Origin: a virus
UHGV virus genome: UHGV-0299297
Length of the DNA: 10,708 bases
Reading direction: 5' to 3' (one strand)
The translations under genes and the position numbers were made by a program. The number at the start of each line of letters is the position of its first letter. Position 1 is the stretch's first letter. The notes beneath the pieces are model-generated. The model had not been told where the DNA came from, did not search any database, and saw nothing but the letters and a program-made list of their open reading frames with translations. Below are positions 1 through 6,991 of the stretch, one piece after another.

Positions 1-132
1 GCTGCAAAAACAGCGACGAGACAATCTTCACGGCCAGCGATTCTGGCGGCAGCTCCCGTCCGTAGCGTTCCAGTACATACTCAGTGGCATACACACCGAC
101 ACCACCGGCAACCACACAGATAACCGTCGCCA
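1..132. repeat. Left arm of a perfect 132-bp inverted repeat; exact reverse complement of 298-429
   Basis: Direct base-by-base comparison: the reverse complement of 1-132 equals 298-429. The match stops at 133/297 and may extend beyond the left window edge. Confidence 0.9.
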
Positions 133-247
133 GAATCGCCCAGGTGGTGACAAAACTGACGGCCACGCTCTGCGGGTAAATCAGGGACAGTGCCAGCATC
201 AGCGCCAGCGACACGTTCAGCATCAGTGAAAGGGATAATTTCTTCAT
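1..247 (-). CDS. lysA: LysA-like lysis-timing membrane protein, N-terminal 82 codons, running off the left edge (inverted copy)
   Basis: ATG at 247-245 on the minus strand with a GGAG ribosome binding site 8 nt upstream (complement of 256-259). Translation MKKLSLSLMLNVSLALMLALSLIYPQSVAVSFVTTWAILATVICVV... is hydrophobic. Codons 40-82 are identical to forward codons 19-61 of ORF 246-608 because of the inverted repeat. Confidence 0.55.
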   Translation of the reverse strand, partial: MKKLSLSLMLNVSLALMLALSLIYPQSVAVSFVTTWAILATVICVVAGGVGVYATEYVLERYGRELPPESLAVKIVSSLFLQ

Positions 248-608
248 GGTGTTTACTCCGTTTAAGCCGGTACGCCGCCAGCGGTACGCCAGACGGTTGG
301 CGACGGTTATCTGTGTGGTTGCCGGTGGTGTCGGTGTGTATGCCACTGAGTATGTACTGGAACGCTACGGACGGGAGCTGCCGCCAGAATCGCTGGCCGT
401 GAAGATTGTCTCGTCGCTGTTTTTGCAGCCGGTGCCGTGGCGCAGACGGGCAGTAGCTCTGGTGGTGATGGTGGCGACATTTATCTCGCTGGTCGCTGCC
501 GGGTGGATTTTTACCGCGCTGATTTATCTCGTGGCATCGGTGTTCTTCCGGCTGATACGTACGGCCTGCCGTCAGCGTTTTGAGGGGCGGGAATCATGTC
601 AAAGCTGA
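246..608 (+). CDS. lysA: LysA-like protein, chimeric: authentic from about 298 onward, with the first ~17 codons being antisense of the lysA upstream region
   Basis: ORF track gives 120 aa with hydrophobic segments. There is no ribosome binding site before ATG 246. Sequence from 298 is the continuation of the minus-strand lysA N-terminus, so a reconstructed intact gene would be about 141 aa. The stop overlaps the lysB start. Confidence 0.5.
   Translation: MVFTPFKPVRRQRYARRLATVICVVAGGVGVYATEYVLERYGRELPPESLAVKIVSSLFLQPVPWRRRAVALVVMVATFISLVAAGWIFTALIYLVASVFFRLIRTACRQRFEGRESCQS
298..429. repeat. Right arm of the perfect 132-bp inverted repeat; lies within the lysA coding sequence
   Basis: Same comparison as the left arm. 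The two arms are separated by a 165-bp unique spacer (133-297). Confidence 0.9.
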
Positions 609-1021
609 TGATTGTGCTGGTTGTGTTGTTATCACTGGCGGTGGCCGGTCTGTTTCTGGTGAAACACAAAAATGCCAGCCTGCGCGCTTCGCTGGACAGG
701 GCGAACAACGTCGCCAGTGAACAGCAGACGACCATCACCATGCTGAAAAACCAGCTTCATGTTGCACTCACCAGGGCAGACAAAAACGAGCTGGCGCAGG
801 TGGCACTGCGTCAGGAACTGGAGAACGCCGCGAAACGTGAAGCACAGCGTGAGAAAACCATCACGAGGTTACTGAATGAAAACGAAGATTTTCGCCGCTG
901 GTACGGCGCTGACCTGCCTGATGCTGTGCGCCGGTTGCACCAGCGCCCCGCCTGCACCGACGCCAGTGATTGTCCACAACGCCTGCCCGAAAGTGAGCCT
1001 TTGCCCGATGCCGGGCAGTGA
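596..1021 (+). CDS. lysB: LysB, Rz-like inner-membrane spanin (i-spanin)
   Basis: 141 aa with an N-terminal transmembrane segment (MSKLMIVLVVLLSLAVAGLFLV) followed by a charged region of likely coiled-coil character. Sits immediately after lysA, and lysC is embedded in its +1 frame. Confidence 0.85.
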   Translation: MSKLMIVLVVLLSLAVAGLFLVKHKNASLRASLDRANNVASEQQTTITMLKNQLHVALTRADKNELAQVALRQELENAAKREAQREKTITRLLNENEDFRRWYGADLPDAVRRLHQRPACTDASDCPQRLPESEPLPDAGQ

Positions 1022-1166
1022 CCCGCAGACGAACGGCGATTTAAGTGCCGATATCCGGCAGCTTGAGAACGCGCTGGCGCGCTGTGCCAGCCAGGTAAAA
1101 ATGATTAAACACTGTCAGGACGAAAACGATGCTCAAACCCGACAGCCTGCGCAGGGCGCTGACTGA
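876..1166 (+). CDS. lysC: LysC, Rz1-like outer-membrane lipoprotein spanin (o-spanin), overlapping the lysB 3' end
   Basis: 96 aa with a signal peptide and a lipobox-like Cys (MKTKIFAAGTALTCLMLCAGC), then a proline-rich mature region. Starts inside lysB in another frame and runs past the lysB stop. GAGG ribosome binding site upstream. Confidence 0.8.
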   Translation: MKTKIFAAGTALTCLMLCAGCTSAPPAPTPVIVHNACPKVSLCPMPGSDPQTNGDLSADIRQLENALARCASQVKMIKHCQDENDAQTRQPAQGAD

Positions 1167-1596
1167 TGCCGTCACGGTACTGAAAACTAACCCCGATATG
1201 CTGCGGATATTCGTGGATAACGGGAGTATTGCCTCCACACTGGCGACGTCGCTGTCATTCGAAAAGCGTTACACGCTCAATGTCATTGTGACCGACTTTA
1301 CCGGTGATTTTGACCTGCTCATTGTGCCGGTGCTGGCGTGGCTGCGGGAAAATCAGCCCGACATCATGACCACCGACGAAGGCCAGAAAAAGGGCTTCAC
1401 GTTTTATGCAGACATCAACAATGACAGCAGCTTTGATATCAGTATCAGCCTGATGCTGACCGAGCGCACGCTGGTCAGTGAGGTTGACGGTGCGCTGCAT
1501 GTGAAGAATATCCCGGAACCCCTGCTGCCGGAGCCGGTCACCCGCCCGATGGAGCTGTATATCAATGGCGAACTGGTGAGCAAGTGGGATGAATGA
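1129..1596 (+). CDS. R: Tail completion protein gpR
   Basis: 155 aa ORF in the conserved P2 position after lysC. AGGA ribosome binding site 8 nt upstream. The stop overlaps the S start. Confidence 0.9.
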   Translation: MLKPDSLRRALTDAVTVLKTNPDMLRIFVDNGSIASTLATSLSFEKRYTLNVIVTDFTGDFDLLIVPVLAWLRENQPDIMTTDEGQKKGFTFYADINNDSSFDISISLMLTERTLVSEVDGALHVKNIPEPLLPEPVTRPMELYINGELVSKWDE

Positions 1597-2041
1597 GTTT
1601 AAGCGTTTTGAAGACCGGCTGACCGGACTTATTGAATCGCTGTCACCGTCAGGGCGTCGGCGACTGAGTGCCGAACTGGCGAAACGTCTGCGGCAGAGTC
1701 AGCAGCGTCGGGTGATGGCTCAGAAAGCCCCGGACGGCACACCCTACGCGCCACGCCAGCAGCAGAGCGCCAGAAAAAAGACCGGTCGTGTTAAGCGAAA
1801 AATGTTTGCGAAACTTATCACCAGTCGTTTTTTGCATATCCGCGCCAGCCCGGAACAGGCATCAATGGAGTTTTACGGCGGAAAGTCACCGAAAATCGCC
1901 AGTGTGCATCAGTTCGGTCTGTCGGAAGAAAACCGGAAAGACGGTAAGAAAATTGATTATCCGGCGCGTCCCCTGCTCGGCTTTACCGGTGAGGATGTGC
2001 AGATGATTGAAGAGATTATTCTGGCGCACCTCGACCGTTAG
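1589..2041 (+). CDS. S: Tail completion protein gpS
   Basis: 150 aa basic protein. Its start overlaps the R stop (ATGAATGA), as expected for the coupled P2 R-S pair. Confidence 0.9.
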   Translation: MNEFKRFEDRLTGLIESLSPSGRRRLSAELAKRLRQSQQRRVMAQKAPDGTPYAPRQQQSARKKTGRVKRKMFAKLITSRFLHIRASPEQASMEFYGGKSPKIASVHQFGLSEENRKDGKKIDYPARPLLGFTGEDVQMIEEIILAHLDR

Positions 2042-2073
2042 TTGTGCCATTCCCGACACCTCATCGTCACATT

Positions 2074-2095
2074 GCCGCCGGTATGACCCGGCGGC
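2074..2095 (+). promoter_or_regulatory. Perfect 8-bp GC stem-loop (GCCGCCGG-tatgac-CCGGCGGC) 13 nt upstream of the V start codon
   Basis: Inverted repeat read directly. It has no downstream T-run, so it is not a classical intrinsic terminator. It occupies the place of a Shine-Dalgarno sequence for V, which has no obvious GGAG. Confidence 0.35.
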
Positions 2096-2107
2096 ATCCT
2101 TCCCGTT

Positions 2108-2743
2108 ATGAACACTCTCGCAAATATTCAGGAACTCGCGCGCGCACTGCGCAACATGATTCGCACCGGCCTTGTCGTCGAAACCGACCTTAACGCCGGT
2201 CGATGCCGTGTGCAGACCGGCGGCATGTGCACCGACTGGCTTCAGTGGCTGACCCATCGTGCCGGACGTTCGCGCACATGGTGGGCACCTTCCGTGGGGG
2301 AACAGGTGCTGATTCTGTCTGTGGGCGGTGAACTCGACACGGCGTTCGTTCTGCCGGGGATTTATTCCGGCGATAACCCCGCGCCGTCTGCGTCGGCGGA
2401 TGCCCTGCATATCCGTTTCCCTGACGGGGCGGTGATTGAGTATGAACCCGAAACCAGTGCACTCACGGTAAGCGGAATTAAAACGGCCAGCGTGACGGCT
2501 TCTGATTCTGTTACCGCCACGGTGCCGGTGGTCATGGTGAAAGCATCAACCCGCGTCACCCTGGACACACCGGAGGTGGTCTGCACCAACAGGCTGATTA
2601 CCGGCACGCTGGAAGTGCAGAAGGGCGGGACGATGCGCGGCAACATTGAACACACCGGTGGTGAACTCTCATCAAACGGTAAGGTACTGCATACCCATAA
2701 ACACCCCGGCGACAGCGGCGGCACAACCGGGAGTCCTCTATGA
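2108..2743 (+). CDS. V: Baseplate central spike protein gpV
   Basis: 211 aa in the conserved position. The C-terminal HTHKH motif (DNA 2690-2704) matches the His-rich iron-binding apex described for the P2 gpV spike. The stop overlaps the W start. Confidence 0.9.
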   Translation: MNTLANIQELARALRNMIRTGLVVETDLNAGRCRVQTGGMCTDWLQWLTHRAGRSRTWWAPSVGEQVLILSVGGELDTAFVLPGIYSGDNPAPSASADALHIRFPDGAVIEYEPETSALTVSGIKTASVTASDSVTATVPVVMVKASTRVTLDTPEVVCTNRLITGTLEVQKGGTMRGNIEHTGGELSSNGKVLHTHKHPGDSGGTTGSPL

Positions 2744-3087
2744 CAGCGCGTTATCTCGGAATGAATCGCAGTGATGGCCTGACTGTCTCTGACCTTGAGC
2801 ATATCAGCCAGAGTATCGGCGATATCCTGCGCACGCCGGTCGGCTCACGGGTGATGCGTCGTGATTACGGCTCGTTGCTGGCGTCAATGATTGACCAGCC
2901 GCAGACCCCGGCGCTTGAGTTGCAGATTAAGGTCGCCTGTTACATGGCGGTGCTGAAATGGGAACCCCGCGTCACCCTGTCATCCGTCACCACGGCGCGC
3001 AGTTTTGACGGTCGAATGACGGTCACGTTAACCGGCCAGCACAACGACACCGGCCAGCCACTTTCGTTAACCATCCCTGTGAGTTGA
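2740..3087 (+). CDS. W: Baseplate wedge protein gpW (T4 gp25-like)
   Basis: 115 aa. ATGA overlap with the V stop and GGGAG ribosome binding site upstream. Conserved V-W-J-I order. Confidence 0.9.
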   Translation: MTARYLGMNRSDGLTVSDLEHISQSIGDILRTPVGSRVMRRDYGSLLASMIDQPQTPALELQIKVACYMAVLKWEPRVTLSSVTTARSFDGRMTVTLTGQHNDTGQPLSLTIPVS

Positions 3088-3091
3088 AACC

Positions 3092-4000
3092 ATGCCGATT
3101 ATCGACCTGAACCAGCTACCCGCACCGGATGTGGTCGAGGAGCTGGACTTTGAAACCATTCTCGCTGAACGCAAGGCGACACTGATTTCCCTTTACCCGG
3201 AAGATCAGCAGGAGGCGGTCGCCCGTACCCTGACACTGGAATCTGAGCCTCTCGTCAAACTGCTGGAAGAAAATGCTTATCGTGAGCTTATCTGGCGTCA
3301 GCGTGTGAATGAGGCCGCACGGGCGGTGATGCTGGCCTGTGCCGCCGGTAATGACCTTGATGTGATTGGTGCCAATTACAACACCACGCGCCTGACTATT
3401 ACCCCGGCAGATGATTCGACTATCCCACCGACACCGGCAGTGATGGAATCTGACACCGATTATCGTCTGCGTATTCAGCAGGCTTTTGAGGGCTTAAGCG
3501 TCGCCGGGTCAGTGGGAGCCTATCAGTATCATGGCCGCAGTGCCGACGGGCGTGTCGCGGATATCTCTGTCACCAGTCCGTCTCCGGCCTGCGTCACTAT
3601 CTCTGTGCTGTCACGTGAAAATAACGGCGTCGCATCCGAAGACCTGCTGGCCGTGGTGCGTAACGCCCTTAATGGCGAGGACGTCAGGCCGGTGGCCGAC
3701 CGCGTGACCGTGCAGTCTGCCGCCATTGTTGAATATCAGATAAACGCCACGCTTTACCTTTACCCTGGTCCCGAAAGCGAACCCATCCGCGCTGCTGCCG
3801 TGAAAAAACTGGAAGCGTATATCACGGCACAGCACCGGCTGGGGCGCGACATCCGTCTGTCTGCCATTTATGCCGCTTTGCATGTGGAGGGCGTGCAGCG
3901 TGTCGAGCTGGCCGCACCACTGGCCGACATCGTGCTCAACAGTACGCAGGCGTCTTTCTGTACCGAATACCGCGTCGTGACCGGAGGCTCGGATGAGTGA
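3092..4000 (+). CDS. J: Baseplate wedge protein gpJ (T4 gp6-like)
   Basis: 302 aa, the P2 gpJ length. The stop overlaps the I start (ATGAGTGA). Confidence 0.9.
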   Translation: MPIIDLNQLPAPDVVEELDFETILAERKATLISLYPEDQQEAVARTLTLESEPLVKLLEENAYRELIWRQRVNEAARAVMLACAAGNDLDVIGANYNTTRLTITPADDSTIPPTPAVMESDTDYRLRIQQAFEGLSVAGSVGAYQYHGRSADGRVADISVTSPSPACVTISVLSRENNGVASEDLLAVVRNALNGEDVRPVADRVTVQSAAIVEYQINATLYLYPGPESEPIRAAAVKKLEAYITAQHRLGRDIRLSAIYAALHVEGVQRVELAAPLADIVLNSTQASFCTEYRVVTGGSDE

Positions 4001-4604
4001 TTCGCGCCTGCTGCCGACCGGCTCATCACCGCTTGAAATTGCTGCCGCGAAAGCCTGTGCGGAAATTGAAAAAACGCCGGTCAGTATTCGTGAACTGTGG
4101 AACCCGGACACCTGCCCGGCAAATCTGCTGCCGTGGCTGGCGTGGGCCTTTTCGGTCGACAGGTGGGATGAAAAGTGGCCGGAAGCGACAAAACGCGCCG
4201 TTATCCGCGATGCCTATTTCATCCACTGTCATAAGGGTACTGTCGGCGCAATCCGGCGTGTTGTGGAGCCGCTCGGCTATCTGATTGAAGTGAGGGAGTG
4301 GTGGCAGCTCAACGAGGAGCCGGGGACGTTCCGTATCGTTGTTGGCGTGCTTGAGCAGGGTATTACCGAAGAAATGTATCTGGAGCTGGAACGTCTCGTT
4401 GCTGATGCAAAACCGGCGAGCCGCCATCTGACGGGACTGGCTATCAGTTTAAGTACAACCGGCAACATTTTTGCCGGAACGGGATGCTATCACGGTGACG
4501 CCCTGACGGTTTATCCCTACACCCCGGAGGCCATTATTGTCGGAGGGGATTATTTCCCGGCCTCGGTCATTCATTTAATTGATAACCTGAGAGTAAACGC
4601 ATGA
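3993..4604 (+). CDS. I: Baseplate protein gpI
   Basis: 203 aa. GGAGG ribosome binding site upstream. The stop overlaps the H start (ATGA). Confidence 0.85.
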   Translation: MSDSRLLPTGSSPLEIAAAKACAEIEKTPVSIRELWNPDTCPANLLPWLAWAFSVDRWDEKWPEATKRAVIRDAYFIHCHKGTVGAIRRVVEPLGYLIEVREWWQLNEEPGTFRIVVGVLEQGITEEMYLELERLVADAKPASRHLTGLAISLSTTGNIFAGTGCYHGDALTVYPYTPEAIIVGGDYFPASVIHLIDNLRVNA

Positions 4605-6280
4605 CAGTGAAATACTACGCCATTCTGACTAATCAGGGCGCAGCACGACTGGCTAACGCGACGATGCTCGGCAGTAAGCTGAATCTGACGCAAATGGCCG
4701 TTGGTGATGCGAATGGTGTATTACCGACACCAGACCCGGCACAGACAAAACTGATTAACCAGAAACGCATTGCACCGCTGAATCTTCTGAGTGTTGACCC
4801 TAACAATCAGAGCCAGATTATTGCGGAGCAAATTATCCCTGAAAACGAGGGAGGATTCTGGATCCGTGAGATTGGGCTTTATGATGATGAAGGCGTACTC
4901 ATTGCGGTGGCGAACTGCCCGGAAACGTACAAACCGCAGTTGCAGGAAGGCAGTGGTCGTACCCAGACTATCCGCATGATTCTGGTTGTCTCGAATACCG
5001 AAGCCATCACGCTGAAAATCGACCCGTCGGTGGTACTGGCGACCCGTAAATATGTGGATGACAAAATCTCAGAACACGAACAGTCACGACGACACCCGGA
5101 TGCATCGCTGACCGCAAAAGGTTTTACTCAGTTAAGCAGCGCAACCAACAGCACGTCTGAAACACTGGCCGCAACGCCGAGAGCGGTAAAGGTCGCGTAT
5201 GATCTTGCTAACGGGAAATATACTGCACAGGACGCGACCACAGCGCGAAAAGGTCTTGTCCAGCTCAGTAGCGCCACCAACAGCGATTCTGAAACGCTTG
5301 CGGCAACGCCAAAGGCGGTAAAGACAGCATATGACCTTGCTAACGGGAAATATACCGCACAGGACGCGACCACCGCGCGAAAAGGCCTTGTCCAGCTCAG
5401 CAGCGCCACTAACAGCACGTCAGAAACGCAGGCTGCCACACCAAAAGCCGTGAAGGCTGTATATGACCTTGCCAATGGAAAACAACCTGCCGACGCCACA
5501 CTGACCGCACTGGCAGGCCTTGCCACTGCGGCAGACAAACTTCCGTATTTTACGGGGAATGATACAGCCAGCCTGACAACCCTGACTAACGTTGGACGGA
5601 ATATTCTGGATAAAGCAAGCACACAGGCGGTTATTCAATATCTTGGTCTGAGCGATGCAAGTGGATACGTTGGACGCTGGCTGAATACCCGGGTTTTCAC
5701 CTCATCAGGTACGTACACCCCGACGCCAGGAACAAAACGGATCAGGGTCACAATAACTGGCGGCGGTGGCGGAGGGGGCGGCTGCAAGGCTACATCCAAT
5801 AATGAAACGTTTTTCGGTGCTGGCGGTGGGGCCGGTGGAACAATAATTTCAATAATTACCCCGACACAGAATAGTTATCCAGTCACTATCGGCGCAGGTG
5901 GGGCCGGTGGTGTTAGTGCGACGAACGGCACCAGTGGCGGGAATAGCGTATTTGCATCGTTAATTGCTCCTGGTGGCGCAGGTGGCGGGAAAGTGGGAGT
6001 TACAAATACAAACGGCGGTAACGGAGGTGTGCCGAGTACTGGCGATATCCGCATCACTGGTGGAAATGGAGGCGACGGTCAGTCCGGAAATATCAGCGTC
6101 AGCGGTGAAGGCGGAACATCGTACTGGGGTGGCGGTGGACGCGCAGGCGCTGGCGGTGGCGTTAGCGGTAAGGCATATGGTTCAGGCGGAGGTGGTGCAT
6201 ACGATGCCGGTTATAGCGGAACCAGTATGACGGGCGGGAAAGGCGCTGCAGGGATTTGTATTATCGAGGAGTTTGCATAA
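4601..6280 (+). CDS. H: Tail fiber protein gpH: conserved N-terminal baseplate-attachment region, central tail-fibre repeats, glycine-rich C-terminal domain
   Basis: 559 aa. The N-terminal ~150 aa resemble the P2 gpH-family collar/attachment region. The centre has three tandem ~44-aa repeats (SSATNS-SETLAATPKAVK-YDLANGK). The C-terminus is glycine-rich, including an 8-Gly run, and ends CIIEEFA. Confidence 0.9.
   Translation: MTVKYYAILTNQGAARLANATMLGSKLNLTQMAVGDANGVLPTPDPAQTKLINQKRIAPLNLLSVDPNNQSQIIAEQIIPENEGGFWIREIGLYDDEGVLIAVANCPETYKPQLQEGSGRTQTIRMILVVSNTEAITLKIDPSVVLATRKYVDDKISEHEQSRRHPDASLTAKGFTQLSSATNSTSETLAATPRAVKVAYDLANGKYTAQDATTARKGLVQLSSATNSDSETLAATPKAVKTAYDLANGKYTAQDATTARKGLVQLSSATNSTSETQAATPKAVKAVYDLANGKQPADATLTALAGLATAADKLPYFTGNDTASLTTLTNVGRNILDKASTQAVIQYLGLSDASGYVGRWLNTRVFTSSGTYTPTPGTKRIRVTITGGGGGGGGCKATSNNETFFGAGGGAGGTIISIITPTQNSYPVTIGAGGAGGVSATNGTSGGNSVFASLIAPGGAGGGKVGVTNTNGGNGGVPSTGDIRITGGNGGDGQSGNISVSGEGGTSYWGGGGRAGAGGGVSGKAYGSGGGGAYDAGYSGTSMTGGKGAAGICIIEEFA
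5117..5485 (+). repeat. Tandem direct repeat, period 132 bp, about 2.8 copies, inside H
   Basis: Copies begin at 5117, 5249 and 5381 (AAAGGNYTTGTCCAGCTCAGYAGCGC...). They are near-identical at DNA level, with a few substitutions. Confidence 0.85.
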
Positions 6281-6690
6281 TGAATGCGTCATATGCAGTT
6301 ATTGAAAATGGGATGGTTGTGAATGTCATTGTCTGGGATGGTGAGGATGAATTCACTGTGCCGGATAATCTGCAGCTCATTAATATTTCTGATATCAGTG
6401 AGCAGCCCGGAATCGGCTGGGCGTATTCAGACGGGGTATTTACTGCGCCGCTCCCTCCGGAACGTTCTCATGATGAACTGGTAGCTGACGCTGAACAGAA
6501 AAAACAGTCGCTGTTAGACGCAGCAATGGCCAATATCAGCGTGATTCAGTTAAAGCTGCAGGCCGGGCGCAAACTGACGCAAGAGGAAACTACCCGACTT
6601 AACGTTGTGCTGGATTATATCGACGCTGTGACGGCAACAGATACCAGCACCGCACCGGATGTCATCTGGCCTGAACTGCCGGAGGCGTAG
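6280..6690 (+). CDS. G: Tail fiber assembly chaperone gpG (Tfa)
   Basis: ATG at 6280 overlaps the H stop (TAATG) and has a GAGGAG ribosome binding site at 6266-6271. The track start at 6256 is a TTG and is not preferred. The gene follows H, as tail fiber assembly genes do. Confidence 0.85.
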   Translation: MNASYAVIENGMVVNVIVWDGEDEFTVPDNLQLINISDISEQPGIGWAYSDGVFTAPLPPERSHDELVADAEQKKQSLLDAAMANISVIQLKLQAGRKLTQEETTRLNVVLDYIDAVTATDTSTAPDVIWPELPEA

Positions 6691-6790
6691 ACCATTCAAT
6701 ATCTGACGTACCGGAAGTATCGGACCGCTCCGGTGCGTACAGGTAATCCAGCCACAAATTATATTGCGCCAGTACCTCAGACCTGCCGGG

Positions 6791-6991
6791 CTATTGCTTA
6801 GTGTTCATGTGTTTATTGGCCTGATTAATCAGTAGCTGTCTTTCTGGTCGTGTGGATCCTGCAAATCCTGAATGGTCGGAAATACCGCAGGCGGGCTGAT
6901 TGCCCGCCTTTTTTATCTGTTGTTTCATCCACTGACCAGCCAGGTCAAATAGCGTCTCATGCTCTGCACAACAGAAAATAGTTGCACCCAT
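6791..6991 (-). CDS. Hypothetical 66-aa ORF antisense in the G-FI gap; probably not a real gene
   Basis: From the ORF track only. No convincing ribosome binding site, several rare codons (CTA, ATA, AGA, CGA, GGA), it spans the forward terminator, and its start lies over the FI ribosome binding site region. Confidence 0.15.
   Translation of the reverse strand: MGATIFCCAEHETLFDLAGQWMKQQIKKAGNQPACGISDHSGFAGSTRPERQLLINQANKHMNTKQ
6889..6916 (+). terminator. Rho-independent terminator ending the H-G transcript
   Basis: Stem AGGCGGGC (6889-6896), loop TGATT, stem GCCCGCCT (6902-6909), then TTTTTAT. In the reverse direction the stem is not followed by a U-run, so it is forward-oriented. Confidence 0.7.

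Noticed and set aside
246-297. N-terminal 17 codons of forward ORF 246-608 (MVFTPFKPVRRQRYARRL) as genuine LysA sequence
   Set aside because: This stretch is the reverse complement of the authentic lysA upstream region and ribosome binding site, and has no ribosome binding site of its own. The real lysA N-terminus is encoded on the minus strand at 247-133.
1886-2410. 174-aa minus-strand ORF overlapping the S 3' end and V
   Set aside because: Antisense to two well-supported, syntenic tail genes. The translation is Arg-rich low-complexity text typical of the reverse frame of GC-rich coding sequence. No ribosome binding site.
3997-4284. 95-aa plus-strand ORF in an alternative frame within I
   Set aside because: Highly basic Arg/Lys-rich translation nested entirely within gpI. 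Typical out-of-frame artifact.
3611-4427. Minus-strand ORFs 3611-4111 and 4026-4427 (166 and 133 aa) inside J and I
   Set aside because: Antisense shadow ORFs of the baseplate genes, with no independent support.
5128-5622. 164-aa minus-strand ORF across the H repeat region
   Set aside because: Its internal repetition simply mirrors the 132-bp tandem repeats on the antisense strand of the tail fiber gene.
6256-6279. Upstream start at 6256 for the tail fiber assembly gene, as given in the ORF track
   Set aside because: The codon at 6256 is TTG and lies inside the end of H. The ATG at 6280 has a GAGGAG ribosome binding site at the right spacing and the usual stop/start overlap.
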